DNA of 64,000 bases from Eukaryota sp. TZLM1-RC (taxonomy: Eukaryota; Protista; Metamonada: BaSk clade). The first letter of the stretch is position 1. Every line of letters starts with the position of its first letter. Of the stretch, positions 1 through 14,666 are shown one piece after another. Made by a program: the position numbers and the translations under genes. The notes beneath the pieces are model-generated. The model did not search any database and was not told the origin of the DNA. It saw only the letters and a program-made list of their open reading frames with translations. The stretch is from positions 31,392 through 95,391 of the forward strand of contig JAUPSS010000015.1 in NCBI GenBank assembly GCA_040285825.1. The letters are read 5' to 3'.

Positions 1-203
1 TCTTCTGTGAACCAAAGTATCGTTTGCAACATTACATGAGACAAAGTCAACAATAGCTTCAGAATTATCAATCCAATCACAGTATACATCACCTCTATCA
101 TCAGAACCAAAATTATTCAGAGAAAGTGTTTCCTTCAGCAGGGGCTCTTTGATACACGATATCCTTGCAGTTTGTGCCATATTGAAAACAGTGTCTCTAA
201 CAG
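1..203 (-). mobile_element. Family C non-LTR retrotransposon fragment (endonuclease region)
   Basis: Near-identical to 49864-50066. Joined to the family B 3' end through a 4-bp ACAG overlap. Confidence 0.8.
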
Positions 204-3200
204 TCTAAAAGTCAATATCTTCAAAACAAGCTTCCACACCATCAAACCTCACAACAGCAATTTCTTCGTAATGTGCACTGACAGACATCAAAGCTTTCGA
301 AATCATTTTAGGAATTGATTTGAAAATAGTAAAAACAATACGATTTAGCCACAAGCGACGATCAAAACGCTTATTCATTCTTCTTTTCACAAGATTTTCA
401 AAATCATCAATAAAATTCATAGCAGTTTTTCCAAGACGACCATACAACGATATAGCAAATGGGCAAATTTGGTAATCTACATGGCGAACATGTTTCAATT
501 CTTTTAAAGGATTTGCATATTTTTTCCGTTTGTACAATTCGGAGTCATCAAGGGGGATACTTCAGATTGAGCATTTTTTTCAAGGCATTTTTTTCTTGCA
601 AACATCCACTGTTACGACATCAACAACATTCATGACATCATCAAACGAGGGCACAACAACATCAGCACGTCGTTTTTCCATATTCTGAATCTCTTACGCT
701 TTCATTTTATATCAAGAGACCTCAACAAAGGTTCTACAAAAAGATTCAATATGATAGGAATTACACATTGCATGGATTTGATCTCTGACTGCATCATGCA
801 ACGTAGAACGATAGGAAATAAATCTATTACAATTAAATAAATGTGATAATGTTAAACCAGCTCCACATTTGCAAAAACAAATCATTGGGCAAATTACAAG
901 GCCATAAATAACAACGCATTCTCATAGCAGTGGTCCATTGGTCGTCATTCAAAAATAGGACAAAAATCTGGGGAATTTGATTTATCGAAACTGCAGATGA
1001 ACTGTCCTTCAAATCAATCAAAAAATTTGCAAAAGCAGGATTTAAAAATGCTTTTTAATTCTGTAAAAGCGAGAAGCAATTTTTTTGAAGTTATTAAATC
1101 TGATTTTTCCTGAGCTATCGAGTTTTTTTACCATTTTTTTATGGGAAAGAATCAGATTTAATTTTTTTAATTCATTTGGACTTAAATCATCTTCTGGTGT
1201 GAAGCAAGGTGATCCTTTAGGTCCATTATTGTTTTGGTTTAGCTATTCACAAAACTTTTAAATATCATTAAGCAAAAATACCCTTCCATAAAAAAATAGT
1301 TGCTTATATGGATGATATATCCTTGATTGGTTCATTTGATTTACTAGAATTGGTTGCTCAAGAAATTGCCGATTCATATGAAAATATTGGGCTTCATCTT
1401 AATGCCAGCAAATGCCTTCTGATTGGCTCTTCTGCTCAAGACCTCGTGATAAACGATTCTATTGTCCCTTTTACTAATTATAGTAGTGATGCTTTTTAAG
1501 TTCCTTGGTTGTTGGTTAGGAAATGTGTCTCAAATTCATAATGAATTGCAAGTTATTTTTGGAAAAAAAATGAAAATTGAACTTGATTCAATTTCTTCTT
1601 TAGATATAGAAAAGCATATTAAATTTTTTTCATGCTTAAAATTTGCTACACTGGGAGAATAACCCACATTTTTGAGATCTTGTGCTCCTTCCATAGCATT
1701 AGATTTTTTTGTCGTTCATTCAATTCATTGAGAACAGAATTTTTTTGCTGATTTATTGGATGTAGAACCAGGAATGTTGAAAAGTCACTTATTTTCTTCC
1801 AGCAAATTTGGGGGTATTGGATTTACTAAATCTTCAATTTTTGTGTCAATCAGCATTCTTGGGTGGTGGCAAAAATTTTATTTATGAATTTTTCTCGTAG
1901 ATTTCCTGATGATTCTCATCTGTTAGTCCCCAATTGTAGTCCCTATTTGTATGAGTTATCTTGTGAACTTGAAAAATTGCCGCCACAAATTTGGACCAAA
2001 TGTTTTCCTCAATCAATTCAAGAAATTCCAAACCGATCTCTATTTAATTTACAGATTTGCTGTAAAAAGCTTCAACAAAAAAATTGTCAAAGATTTTTGA
2101 AAGCTTGGATTTTGATGTTAGACTTGGCTTGGCCAAGAAAAAGAATCCCGCTTTTGCAAATCTTTTACAAGATATGTGTGACAGTACTTCTGCCTTAGTA
2201 ACAACAATTCCACAAGTTTATGGTACTCTCTTATCCGATTCTGCTTGGACTCTGAATATGAGATTTCGTTCCTTTATCTGGCCTGATAATTTACCTCATA
2301 ATTTAATTTGTAAATGTTCTCGAGAAATTACAACTACTCATTTGTTAAATTGTAAACATTTTATTACTTTTAGAAGCAAGGTTCATGATGCTGTAAGAGA
2401 CCAGTTATATTGTATGTGTAAATCTCATAGAATTGAATCCTTCTTGGAACCTCTGTTGTCAAATCTGTTTGATGCTGAAAATGATTTTCATAAGAATAAT
2501 AGAGGTGATGTCATATTTCCTGGATTAGATGGAAGCTTCATTTTATTGGATGTAATGTCTGTTGATCCTTGTAATGCCTCAAATGAAAGGCTTGTTAATT
2601 CTGAAATTCATAATCCCCTTTCAAATGTTGAAAATTTTAAATTCAAAAAATACAATGAACCTTTGTCCAAATTGGCCAGTCTACAGCATGCAAAATACAA
2701 TTTGTATCCATTTGTATTTTCCCTTTTTGGTTCACTTGCACCAACTGCTTTACGTTTTTTGGATGATTTTGAAATGATTGTAAAGAGAAGAACTGGCAGA
2801 AATTTCAACAGATTGTTTTGGCAAAATAGAATTGTGTTTTCTATTTTTAAGGGGATGATGAAGATGGTTTCTGATGCTTTGCTTTCTCTTGGATCTCACT
2901 ATGAGAGAGTTGCATCTAGTGTTTTTGTTTTGGGAGAGATGGATTTTTTAGATGTTGATTTATAGGTTTAGAATAAAATTAAATTTTAAAAAAAAGCAGG
3001 ATTTTTTTTTCTTAGCCGTGCTAAGTCGAACAATAAAATCCTTGCTTTCAAATTTTCTCAAAAGATGTCGTTGGAGCTTTTTCAACGCAAATTTTAATGA
3101 ATACAAACTTCTGTCTGGAATTTCTTGAATGGATATGGGGAAACATGATTGCCATAAGTCGGGAGATAAACTGGATATTTCTTCTTTTAAGTTATCGAGG

Positions 3201-3331
3201 AATAAGCTATTTGTAGTTTCAAGAAGATTTTCGGAAAAAGGATATCTTCTAGAGAATTCAAATACAAAATTTTTTCCACCACCAATAAATGCAGCTTTGG
3301 TCAAATATTTTGATGAATTGAATCCAACACC
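204..3331 (-). mobile_element. Family B 3' portion (Zn motif + restriction-like endonuclease), interrupted by a family A insertion
   Basis: Encodes CKC..HLFNC..HDAVRD and RRADVVVP..DVVTVD, ending ACFEDIDF*. Split at AAGCAGGATTT, which is duplicated at 1033-1043 and 2994-3004. Confidence 0.85.
1044..2993 (+). mobile_element. Family A 5'-truncated copy (RT C-terminal half + endonuclease + A-rich tail)
   Basis: QGDPLGP and AYMDD RT motifs; ORF 2084-2965 ends MDFLDVDL*; A-rich tail; ~11-bp TSD. Confidence 0.9.
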
Positions 3332-6300
3332 TTTTTACAATCATTTCAAAATCATCCAAAAACGTAAAGCAGTTGGTGCAAGTGAACCAAAAAGGGAAAG
3401 TACAAATGGATACAAATTGTATTTTGCATGCTGTAGACTGGCCAATTTGGACAAAGGTTCATATTATTTTTTTAATGAAAAATTTTAATTTATTATTAAA
3501 CTACAGTCTAAAAGTCAATATCTTCAAAACAAGCTTCCACACCATCAAACCTCACAACAGCAATTTCTTCGTAATGTGCACTGACAGACATCAAAGCTTT
3601 CGAATTCATTTTAGGAATTGATTTGAAAATGGTAAAAACAATACGATTTAGCCACAAGCGACGATCAAAACGCTTATTCATTCTTCTTTTCACAAGATTT
3701 TCAAAATCATCAATAAAATTCATAGCAGTTTTTCCAAGACGACCATACAACGATATAGCAAATGGGCAAATTTGGTAATCTACATGGCGAACATGTTTCA
3801 ATTCTTTTAAAGGATTTGCATATTTTTTCCGTTTGTACAATTCGGAGTCATCAAGGGGGGATACTTCAGATTGAGCATTTTTCAAGGCATTTTTCTTGCA
3901 AACATCCACTGTTACGACATCAACAACATTCATGACATCATCAAACGAGGGCACAACAACATCAGCACGTCGTTTTTCCATATTCTGAATCTCTTACGCT
4001 TTCATTTTATATCAAGAGACCTCAACAAAGGTTCTACAAAAAGATTCAATATGATAGGAATTACACATTGCATGGATTTGATCTCTGACTGCATCATGCA
4101 ACGTAGAACGATAGGAAATAAATCTATTACAATTAAATAAATGTGATAATGTCAAACCAGCTCCACATTTGCAAAACAAATCATTGGGCAAATTACAAGG
4201 CCATAAATAACAACGCATTCTCATAGCAGTGGTCCATTGGTCGTCATTCAAAAATAGGCCAAAAATCTGGGGAATTTGATTTATCAAAACTGCAGATGAA
4301 CTGTCCTTCAAATCAATCAAAAAATTTGCAAAAGCAGGATTTAAAAATGCTTTTAATTCTGTAAAAGCGAGAAGCAATTTTTTTGAAGTTATTAAATCTG
4401 ATTTTCCTGAGCTATCGAGTTTTTTCTACCATTTTTATGGGAAAGAATCAGATTTAATTTTTCATTCATTTGGTCTTAAATCATCTTCTGGAGTGAAGCA
4501 AGGTGATCCTTTAGGTCCATTATTGTTTTGTTTAGCTATTCACAAAACTTTAAATATCATTAAGCAAAAATACCCTTCCATAAAAATAGTTGCTTATATG
4601 GATGATATATCCTTGATTGGTTCATTTGATTTACTAGAATTGGTTGCTCAAGAAATTGCCGATTCATATGAAAATATTGGGCTTCATCTTAATGCCAGCA
4701 AATGCCTTCTGATTGGCTCTTCTGCTCAAGACCTCGTGATAAACGATTCTATTGTCCCTTTTACTAATTATAGTAGTGATGCTTTTAAGTTCCTTGGTTG
4801 TTGGTTAGGAAATGTGTCTCAAATTCATAATGAATTGCAAGTTATTTTGGAAAAAAAATGAAAATTGAACTTGATTCAATTTCTTCTTTAGATATAGAAA
4901 AAGCATATTAAATTTTTCATGCTTAAAAATTTGCTACACTGGGAGAATAACCCACATTTTGAGATCTTGTGCTCCTTCCATAGCATTAGATTTTTTTGTC
5001 GTTCATTCAATTCATTGAGAACAGAATTTTTTTGCTGATTTATTGGATGTAGAACCAGGAATGTTGAAAAAGTCACTTATTTTCTTCAGCAAATTTGGGG
5101 GGGTATTGGATTTACTAAATCTTCAATTTTGTGTCAATCAGCATTCTTGGGTGGTGGCAAAAAAATTTTTATTTATGAATTTTTCTCGTAGATTTCCTGA
5201 TGATTCTCATCTGTTAGTCCCCAATTGTAGTCCCTATTTGTATGAGTTATCTTGTGAACTTGAAAAAAATTGCCGCCACAAATTTGGACCAAATGTTTTT
5301 CCTCAATCAATTCAAGAAATTCCAAACCGATCTCTATTTAATTTACAGATTTGCTGTAAAAAGCTTCAACATAAAAATTGTCAAGATTTTGAAAGCTTGG
5401 ATTTTGATGTTAGACTTGGCTTGGCCAAGAAAAAAAGAATCCCGCTTTTGCAAATCTTTTTACAAGATATGTGTGACAGTACTTCTGCCTTAGTAACAAC
5501 AATTCCACAAGTTTATGGTACTCTCTTATCCGATTCTGCTTGGACTCTGAATATGAGATTTCGTTCCTTTATCTGGCCTGATAATTTACCTCATAATTTA
5601 ATTTGTAAATGTTCTCGAGAAATTACAACTACTCATTTGTTAAATTGTAAACATTTTATTACTTTTTAGAAGCAAGGTTCATGATGCTGTAAGAGACCAG
5701 TTATATTGTATGTGTAAATCTCATAGAATTGAATCCTTCTTGGAACCTCTGTTGTCAAATCTGTTTGATGCTGAAAATGATTTTCATAAGAATAATAGAG
5801 GTGATGTCATATTACCTGGATTAGATGGAAGCTTCATTTTTATTGGATGTAATGTCTGTTGATCCTTGTAATGCCTCAAATGAAAGGCTTGTTAATTCTG
5901 AAATTCATAATCCCCTTTCAAATGTTGAAAATTTTAAATTCAAAAAAATACAATGAACCTTTGTCCAAATTGGCCAGTCTACAGCATGCAAAAATACAAT
6001 TTGTATCCATTTGTATTTTCCCTTTTTGGTTCACTTGCACCAACTGCTTTACGTTTTTTTGGATGATTTTTGAAATGATTGTAAAGAGAAGAACTGGCAG
6101 AAATTTCAACAGATTGTTTTGGCAAAAATAGAATTGTGTTTTTCTATTTTTTTAAGGGGATGTTGAAGATGGTTTCTGATGCTTTGCTTTCTCTTGGATC
6201 TCACTATGAGAGAGTTGCATCTAGTGTTTTTTTGTTTTTGGGAGAGATGGATTTTTTTAGATGTTGATTTATAGGTTTAGAATAAAATTAAATTTTAAAA

Positions 6301-6651
6301 AAGAAGCAGGATTTTTCTTTCTTAGCCGTGCTAAGTCGAACAATAAAAATCCTTGCTTTCAAATTTTCTCAAAAAGATGTCGTTGGAGCTTTTTTTCAAC
6401 GCAAAATTTTTAATGAATACAAACTTCTGTCTGGAATTTCTTGAATGGATATGGGGAAACATGATTGCCATAAGTCGGGAGATAAACTGGATATTTCTTC
6501 TCTTAAGTTATCGAGGAATAAGCTATTTGTAGTTTCAAGAAGATTTTTCGGCAAAAGGATATCTTCTATAGAATTCAAATACAAAAATTTTTTTCCACCA
6601 CCAATAAATGCAGCTTTGGTCAAATATTTTTGATGAATTGAATCCAACACC
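3332..6651. repeat. Second copy of a 3.3-kb unit (B- monomer carrying the same A+ insertion at 4343-6303)
   Basis: Same insertion point and TSD (4332-4342 / 6304-6314) as in 204-3331, so the unit was duplicated after the insertion. Confidence 0.85.
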
Positions 6652-8019
6652 TTTTTACAATCATTTCAAAAATCATCCAAAAACCTAAAAGCAGTTCGTG
6701 CAAGTAAACCAAAAAGGGAAAGTACAAATGGATACAAATTGTATTTTTGCATGCTGTAGACTGGCCAATTTGGACAAAGGTTCATTGTATTTTTGTTAAT
6801 GAAAAAAATTTTTAATTTATTATTCAACTACAGTCTAAAAGTCAATATCTTCAAAACAAGCTTCCACACCATCAAACCTCACAACAGCAATTTCTTCGTA
6901 ATGTGCACTGACAGACATCAAAGCTTTCGAAATCATTTTTAGGAATTGATTTGAAAATAGTAAAAAAACAATACGATTTAGCCACAAGCGACGATCAAAA
7001 ACGCTTATTCATTCTTCTTTTTCACAAGATTTTTCAAAAATCATCAATAAAAATTCATAGCAGTTTTTTTCCAAGACGACCATACAACGATATAGCAAAT
7101 GGGCGAATTTGGTAATCTACATGGCGAACATGTTTCAATTCTTTTAAAGGATTTGCATATTTTTTTCGTTTGTACAATTCGGAGTCATCAAGGGGATACT
7201 TCAGATTGAGCATTTTTTTCAAGGCATTTTTTTCTTGCAAACATCCACTGTTACGACATCAACAACATTCATGACATCATCAAACGAGGGCACAACAACA
7301 TCAGCACGTCGTTTTTCCATATTCTGAATCTCTTGCGCTTTCATTTTATATCAAGAGACCTCAACAAAGGTTCTACAAAAGATTCAATATGATAGGAATT
7401 ACACATTGCATGGATTTGATCTCTGACTGCATCATGCAACGTAGAACGATAGGAAATAAATCTATTACAATTAAATAAATGTGATAATGTTAAACCAGCT
7501 CCACATTTGCAAAACAAATCATTGGGCAAATTACAAGGCCATAAATAACAACGCATTCTCATAGCAGTGGTCCATTGGTCGTCATTCAAAAAAATAGGAC
7601 AAAAAAATCTGGGGAATTTGATTTATCAAAACTGCAGATGAACTGTCCTTCAAATCAATCAAAAAATTTGCAAAAGCAGGATTTTCTTTCTTAGCCGTGC
7701 TAAGTCGAACAATAAAATCCTTGCTTTTCAAATTTTCCTCAAAAGATGTCGTTGGAGCTTTTTCCAACGCAAATTTTAATGAATACAAACTTCTGTCTGG
7801 AATTTCTTGAATGGATATGGGGAAACATGATTGCCATAAGTCGGGAGATAAACTGGATATTTCTTCTCTTAAGTTATCGAGGAATAAGCTATTTGTAGTT
7901 TCAAGAAGATTTTTCGGAAAAAAAGGATATCTTCTAGAGAATTCAAATACAAAAATTTTTTTCCACCACCAATAAATGCAGCTTTGGTCAAATATTTTTG
8001 ATGAATTGAATCCAACACC
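6652..8019 (-). repeat. Uninterrupted ~1.36-kb chimeric monomer (~1.2 kb of B 3' end with tail + ~140 bp of A endonuclease region)
   Basis: Bounded by the recurrent junction AATCCAACACC|TTTTTACAATC and contains the recurrent junction GGTTCATTGTATTTT|..AATGAAAAA. Confidence 0.85.
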
Positions 8020-8806
8020 TTTTTTACAATCATTTCAAAATCATCCAAAAAACGTAAAGCAGTTGGTGCAAGTGAACCAAAAAGGGAAAATACAAATGGA
8101 TACAAATTGTATTTTGCATGCTGTAGACTGGCCAATTTGGACAAAGGTTCATATTATTTTTTTAATGAAAAAAATTTTTAATTTATTATTAAACTACAGT
8201 CTAAAAGTCAATATCTTCAAAACAAGCTTCCACACCATCAAACCTCACAACAGCAATTTCTTCGTAATGTGCACTGACAGACATCAAAGCTTTCGAATTC
8301 ATTTTTAGGAATTGATTTGAAAAATGGTAAAAAAACAATACGATTTAGCCACAAGCGACGATCAAAACGCTTATTCATTCTTCTTTTCACAAGATTTTTC
8401 AAAATCATCAATAAAAATTCATAGCAGTTTTTTTCCAAGACGACCATACAACGATATAGCAAATGGGCAAATTTGGTAATCTACATGGCGAACATGTTTC
8501 AATTCTTTTAAAGGATTTGCATATTTTTTCCGTTTGTACAATTCGGAGTCATCAAGGGGGGATACTTCAGATTGAGCATTTTTCAAGGCATTTTTCTTGC
8601 AAACATCCACTGTTACGACATCAACAACATTCATGACATCATCAAACGAGGGCACAACAACATCAGCACGTCGTTTTCCATATTCTGAATCTCTTACGCT
8701 TTCATTTATATCAAGAGACCTCAACAAAGGTTCTACAAAAGATTCAATATGATAGGAATTACACATTGCATGGATTTGATCTCTGACTGCATCATGCAAC
8801 GTAGAA

Positions 8807-11657
8807 TTTTTTTTTTTTAAATTTAATTTTATTCTAAACCTATAAATCAACATCTAAAAAATCCATCTCTCCCAAAACAAAAACACTAGATGCAACTCTC
8901 TCATAGTGAGATCCAAGAGAAAGCAAAGCATCAGAAACCATCTTCAACATCCCCTTAAAAATAGAAAACACAATTCTATTTTGCCAAAACAATCTGTTGA
9001 AATTTCTGCCAGTTCTTCTCTTTACAATCATTTCAAAATCATCCAAAAAACGTAAAGCAGTTGGTGCAAGTGAACCAAAAAGGGAAAATACAAATGGATA
9101 CAAATTGTATTTTGCATGCTGTAGACTGGCCAATTTGGACAAAGGTTTATTGTATTTTTTTGAATTTAAAATTTTTCAGCATTTGAAAGGGGATTATGAA
9201 TTTCAGAATTAACAAAGCCTTTCATTTGAGGCATTACAAGGATCAACAGACATTACATCCAATAAAAATGAAGCTTCCATCTAATCCAGGTAATATAACA
9301 TCACCTCTATTATTCTTATGAAAATCATTTTCAGCATCAAACAGATTTGACAACAAAGGTTCCAAGAAGGATTCAATTCTATGAGATTTACACATACAAT
9401 ATAACTGGTCTCTTACAGCATCATGAACCTTGCTTCTAAAAAGTAATAAAATGTTTACAATTTAACAAATGAGTAGTTGTAATTTCTCGAGAACATTTAC
9501 AAATTAAATTATGAGGTAAAATTATCAGGCCAGATAAAGGAACGAAATCTCATATTCAGAGTCCAAGCAGAATCGGATAAGAGAGTACCATAAACTTGTG
9601 GAATTGTTGTTACTAAGGCAGAAGAAGTACTGTCACACATATCTTGTAAAAGATTTGCAAAAGCAGGGATTCTTTTTTTCTTGGCCAAGCCAAGTCTAAC
9701 ATCAAAATCCAAGCTTTCAAAAATCTTTGACAATTTTTGTTGAAGCTTTTTACAGCAAAACTGTAAATTAAATAGAGATCGGTTTTGGAATTTCTTGAAT
9801 TGATTGAGGAAAACATTTGGTCCAAATTTGTGGCGGTAATTTTTTTCAAGTTCACAAGATAACTCATACAAATAGGGACTACAATTGGGGACTAACAGAT
9901 GAGAATCATCAGGAAATCTACGAGAAAATTCATAAATGAAATTTTTGCCACCACCCAAGAATGCTGATTGACACAAAAATTGAAGATTTAGTAAAACCAA
10001 TACCACCCAAATTTGCTGAAGAAAATAAATGGCTTTTCAACATTCCTGGTTCTACATCCAATAAATCAGCAAAAAAATTCTGTTCTCAATGAATTAAAAG
10101 AACGACAAAAAAATCTAATGCTATGGAAGGAGCACAAGATCTCAAAATGTGGGTTATTCTCCCAGTGTAGCAAATTTTAAGCATGAAAAAAATTTAATAT
10201 GCTTTTTCTATATCTAAAGAAGAAATTGAATCAAGTTCAATTTTCATTTTTCCAAAATAACTTGCAATTCATTCTGAATTTGAGGCACATTTCCTAACCA
10301 ACAACCAAAGGAACTTAAAAGCATCACTACTATAATTAGTAAAAGGGACAATAGAATCGTTTATCACGAGGTCTTGAGCAGAAGAGCCAATCAGAAGGCA
10401 TTTGCTGGCATTAAGATGAAGCCCAATATTTTCATATGAATCGGCAATTTCTTGAGCAACCAATTCTAGTAAATCAAATGAACCAATCAAGGATATATCA
10501 TCCATATAAGCAACTATTTTTTTATAGAAGGGTATTTTTTTGCTTAATGATATTTAAAGTTTTGTGAATAGCTAAACAAAACAATAATGGGCCTAAAGGA
10601 TCTCCCTGCTTCACTCCAGAAGATGAATTAAGACCAAATGAATTAAAAAAATTAAATCTGATTCTTTCCCGTAAAAAAATGGTAGAAAAAAACTCGATAG
10701 CTCAGGAAAAATCAGATTTAATAACTTCAAAAATTGCTTCTCGCTTTACAGAATTAAAAAGCATTTTTTTAAAGTCGAGATTAAAAATAAAATTATTTTT
10801 CCTCTGCATTAAAAAAAGGTATCAGAGGCAATAGCAGCAACAGAAGCACCATCAATTGTTTTGATTCCAAATTGATGAGGATTCAAAAATGTAGAAGCTT
10901 TGTCTTTGACACGATCGAAGACAATTGATGCTAGCAAACGAGAAAGAGATTCACCAACAGCAATTGGGCGTATTCCATCAGGTTTGATTCCGTTTCCAGG
11001 CTTTACTAAAGCAATCAGACGTGCTGCGAGTAATTCAAATGGAGGATTAATTTTCAAAACAATCAATTGTTGAAAATAGTGGGCTAGATCATCAGCAATT
11101 TCGGGAGCACTGGAACACGCTATTATTAACAGATCAAAAGAAATTCCAGATGGGCCTGCTGCTTTCCCCTTTGGCAATTTTTGAATAGTTTTAAGAACTT
11201 CAATTGCAGTAATAGGATTTTCAATCCAAAAAGGACACACTTCAGGCTTGCTGCACTTGAAATTTTCTTGAGGATGCAACTTTTGAAGTTTTTCAAGGGT
11301 ATCAGAGTTTGCATCAGCCAAAGAAGAGGAAAACAAAGACTGCATTGCGGCACCATAACGACCACGTAAGCACAATTTACGGCAAATTTTTGATTTTACA
11401 ATTTTTCTATTTCCAAATTTTTTCTTAAAACAATTTTTGTTTTTTCGAGCAAAATATTTCCAGAAGGATGAAATATTCCACTTATTATTCAGAAGTAAAA
11501 TTTCTCATTACCATTGAGAAGGGGATTGTGCTGGCGGGACTTATTTCTACTGGGATCCGGATCGGGGGTCTTACGGTATCAACGGCTTTACAATTCGTAC
11601 AAAACAGAAGTTTTCGACCATTTCTTGAATCTGCAACATCTTTTTTGCAAAATCTTT
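8807..11657 (-). mobile_element. Family A near-full-length copy inserted into a B monomer
   Basis: Poly-T at 8807; RT motifs GPSG, RPIAVGE, QFG, AYMDD; 15-bp TSD TCATGCAACGTAGAA (8792-8806 / 11658-11672). Confidence 0.9.
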
Positions 11658-12191
11658 TCATGCAACGTAGAACGATAGGAAATAAATCTATTACAATTCA
11701 ATAAATGTGATAATGTCAAACCAGCTCCACATTTGCAAAACAAATCATTGGGCAAATTACAAGGCCATAAATAACAACGCATTCTCATAGCAGTGGTCCA
11801 TTGGTCGTCATTCAAAAATAGGCCAAAAATCTGGGGAATTTGATTTATCAAAACTGCAGATGAACTGTCCTTCAAATCAATCAAAAAATTTGCAAAAGCA
11901 GGATTTTCTTTCTTAGCCGTGCTAAGTCGAACAATAAAATCCTTGCTTTCAAATTTTCTCAAAAGATGTCGTTGGAGCTTTTTCAACGCAAATTTTAATG
12001 AATACAAACTTCTGTCTGGAATTTCTTGAATGGATATGGGGAAACATGATTGCCATAAGTCGGGAGATAAACTGGATATTTCTTCTCTTATGTTATCGAG
12101 GAATAAGCTATTTGTAGTTTCAAGGAGATTTTCGGCAAAAGGATATCTTCTAGAGAATTCAAATACAAAATTTTTTCCACCACCAATAAAT

Positions 12192-14646
12192 CATAGAATT
12201 GAATCCTTCTTGGAACCTCTGTTGTCAAATCTGTTTGATGCTGAAAATGATTTTCATAAGAATAATAGAGGTGATGTCATATTACCTGGATTAGATGGAA
12301 GCTTCATTTTATTGGATGTAATGTCTGTTGATCCTTGTAATGCCTCAAATGAAAGGCTTGTTAATTCTGAAATTCATAATCCCCTTTCAAATGCTGAAAA
12401 TTTTAAATTCAAAAAATACAATGAACCTTTGTCCAAATTGGCCAGTCTACAGCATGCAAAATACAATTTGTACCCATTTGTATTTTCCCTTTTTGGTTCA
12501 CTTGCACCAACTGCTTTACGTTTTTTGGATGATTTTGAAATGATTGTAAAGAGAAGAACTGGCAGAAATTTCAACAGATTGTTTTGGCAAAATAGAATTG
12601 TGTTTTCTATTTTTAAAGGGATGTTGAAGATGGTTTCTGATGCTTTGCTTTCTCTTGGATCTCACTATGAGAGAGTTGCATCTAGTGTTTTTGTTTTGGG
12701 AGAGATGGATTTTTTAGATGTTGATTTATAGGTTTAGAATAAAAAGGTTTCGCTTAAAAAAAATAAAAAAAAAACCACCAATAAATGCAGCTTTTTGAAA
12801 GATTTTTGAAAGCTTGGATTTTGATGTTAGACTTGGCTTGGCCAAGAAAAAGAATCCCGCTTTTGCAAATCTTTTACAAGATATGTGTGACAGTACTTCT
12901 TCTGCCTTAGTAACAACAATTCCACAAGTTTATGGTACTCTCTTATCCGATTCTGCTTGGACTCTGAATATGAGATTTCGTTCCTTTATCTGGCCTGATA
13001 ATTTACCTCATAATTTAATTTGTAAATGTTCTCGAGAAATTACAACTACTCATTTGTTAAATTGTAAACATTTTATTACTTTTAGAAGCAAGGTTCATGA
13101 TGCTGTAAGAGACCAGTTATATTGTATGTGTAAATCTCATAGAATTGAATCCTTCTTGGAACCTCTGTTGTCAAATCTGTTTGATGCTGAAAATGATTTT
13201 CATAAGAATAATAGAGGTGATGTCATATTACCTGGATTAGATGGAAGCTTCATTTTATTGGATGTAATGTCTGTTGATCCTTGTAATGCCTCAAATGAAA
13301 GGCTTGTTAATTCTGAAATTCATAATCCCCTTTCAAATGCTGAAAATTTTAAATTCAAAAAATACAATGAACCTTTGTCCAAATTGGCCAGTCTACAGCA
13401 TGCAAAATACAATTTGTACCCATTTGTATTTTCCCTTTTTGGTTCACTTGCACCAACTGCTTTACGTTTTTTGGATGATTTTGAAATGATTGTAAAGAGA
13501 AGAACTGGCAGAAATTTCAACAGATTGTTTTGGCAAAATAGAATTGTGTTTTCTATTTTTAAAGGGATGTTGAAGATGGTTTCTGATGCTTTGCTTTCTC
13601 TTGGATCTCACTATGAGAGAGTTGCATCTAGTGTTTTTGTTTTGGGAGAGATGGATTTTTTAGATGTTGATTTATAGGTTTAGAATAAAAAGGTTTCGCT
13701 TAAAAATAAAAACCACCAATAAATGCAGCTTTTTGAAAGATTTTTGAAAGCTTGGATTTTGATGTTAGACTTGGCTTGGCCAAGAAAAAGAATCCCGTTT
13801 TTGCAAATCTTTTACAAGATATGTGTGACAGTACTTCTTCTGCCTTAGTAACAACAATTCCACAAGTTTATGGTACTCTCTTATCCGATTCTGCTTGGAC
13901 TCTGAATATGAGATTTCGTTCCTTTATCTGGCCTGATAATTTACCTCATAATTTAATTTGTAAATGTTCTCGAGAAATTACAACTACTCATTTGTTAAAT
14001 TGTAAACATTTTATTACTTTTAGAAGCAAGGTTCATGATGCTGTAAGAGACCAGTTATATTGTATGTGTAAATCTCATAGAATTGAATCCTTCTTGGAAC
14101 CTCTGTTGTCAAATCTGTTTGATGCTGAAAATGATTTTCATAAGAATAATAGAGGTGATGTCATATTACCTGGATTAGATGGAAGCTTCATTTTATTGGA
14201 TGTAATGTCTGTTGATCCTTGTAATGCCTCAAATGAAAGGCTTGTTAATTCTGAAATTCATAATCCCCTTTCAAATGCTGAAAATTTTAAATTCAAAAAA
14301 TACAATGAACCTTTGTCCAAATTGGCCAGTCTACAGCATGCAAAATACAATTTGTACCCATTTGTATTTTCCCTTTTTGGTTCACTTGCACCAACTGCTT
14401 TACGTTTTTTGGATGATTTTGAAATGATTGTAAAGAGAAGAACTGGCAGAAATTTCAACAGATTGTTTTGGCAAAATAGAATTGTGTTTTCTATTTTTAA
14501 AGGGATGTTGAAGATGGTTTCTGATGCTTTGCTTTCTCTTGGATCTCACTATGAGAGAGTTGCATCTAGTGTTTTTGTTTTGGGAGAGATGGATTTTTTA
14601 GATGTTGATTTATAGGTTTAGAATAAAAAGGTTTCGCTTAAAAAAA
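12192..14646 (+). mobile_element. Three head-to-tail 5'-truncated family A copies (12192-12774, 12795-13712, 13733-14646)
   Basis: Open C-terminal ORFs 12814-13677 and 13752-14615; shared variant tail AAAAAGGTTTCGCTT-An; separated by duplicated pieces of the B target CCACCAATAAATGCAGCTTT. Confidence 0.9.
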
Positions 14647-14666
14647 ATAAATGCAGCTTTGGTCAA

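Noticed and set aside
2562-2808. Recurrent small ORFs (MILVMPQ.., MKFLPVLL.., MDMGKHD..) as real genes
   Set aside because: They are alternative-frame or antisense shadows of the TE ORFs and recur only because the TE is repeated.
12180-14666. CRISPR-like array (short repeat with long spacers)
   Set aside because: The repeats are staggered TSDs of the B target, the spacers are near-identical TE copies, and there are no cas genes.
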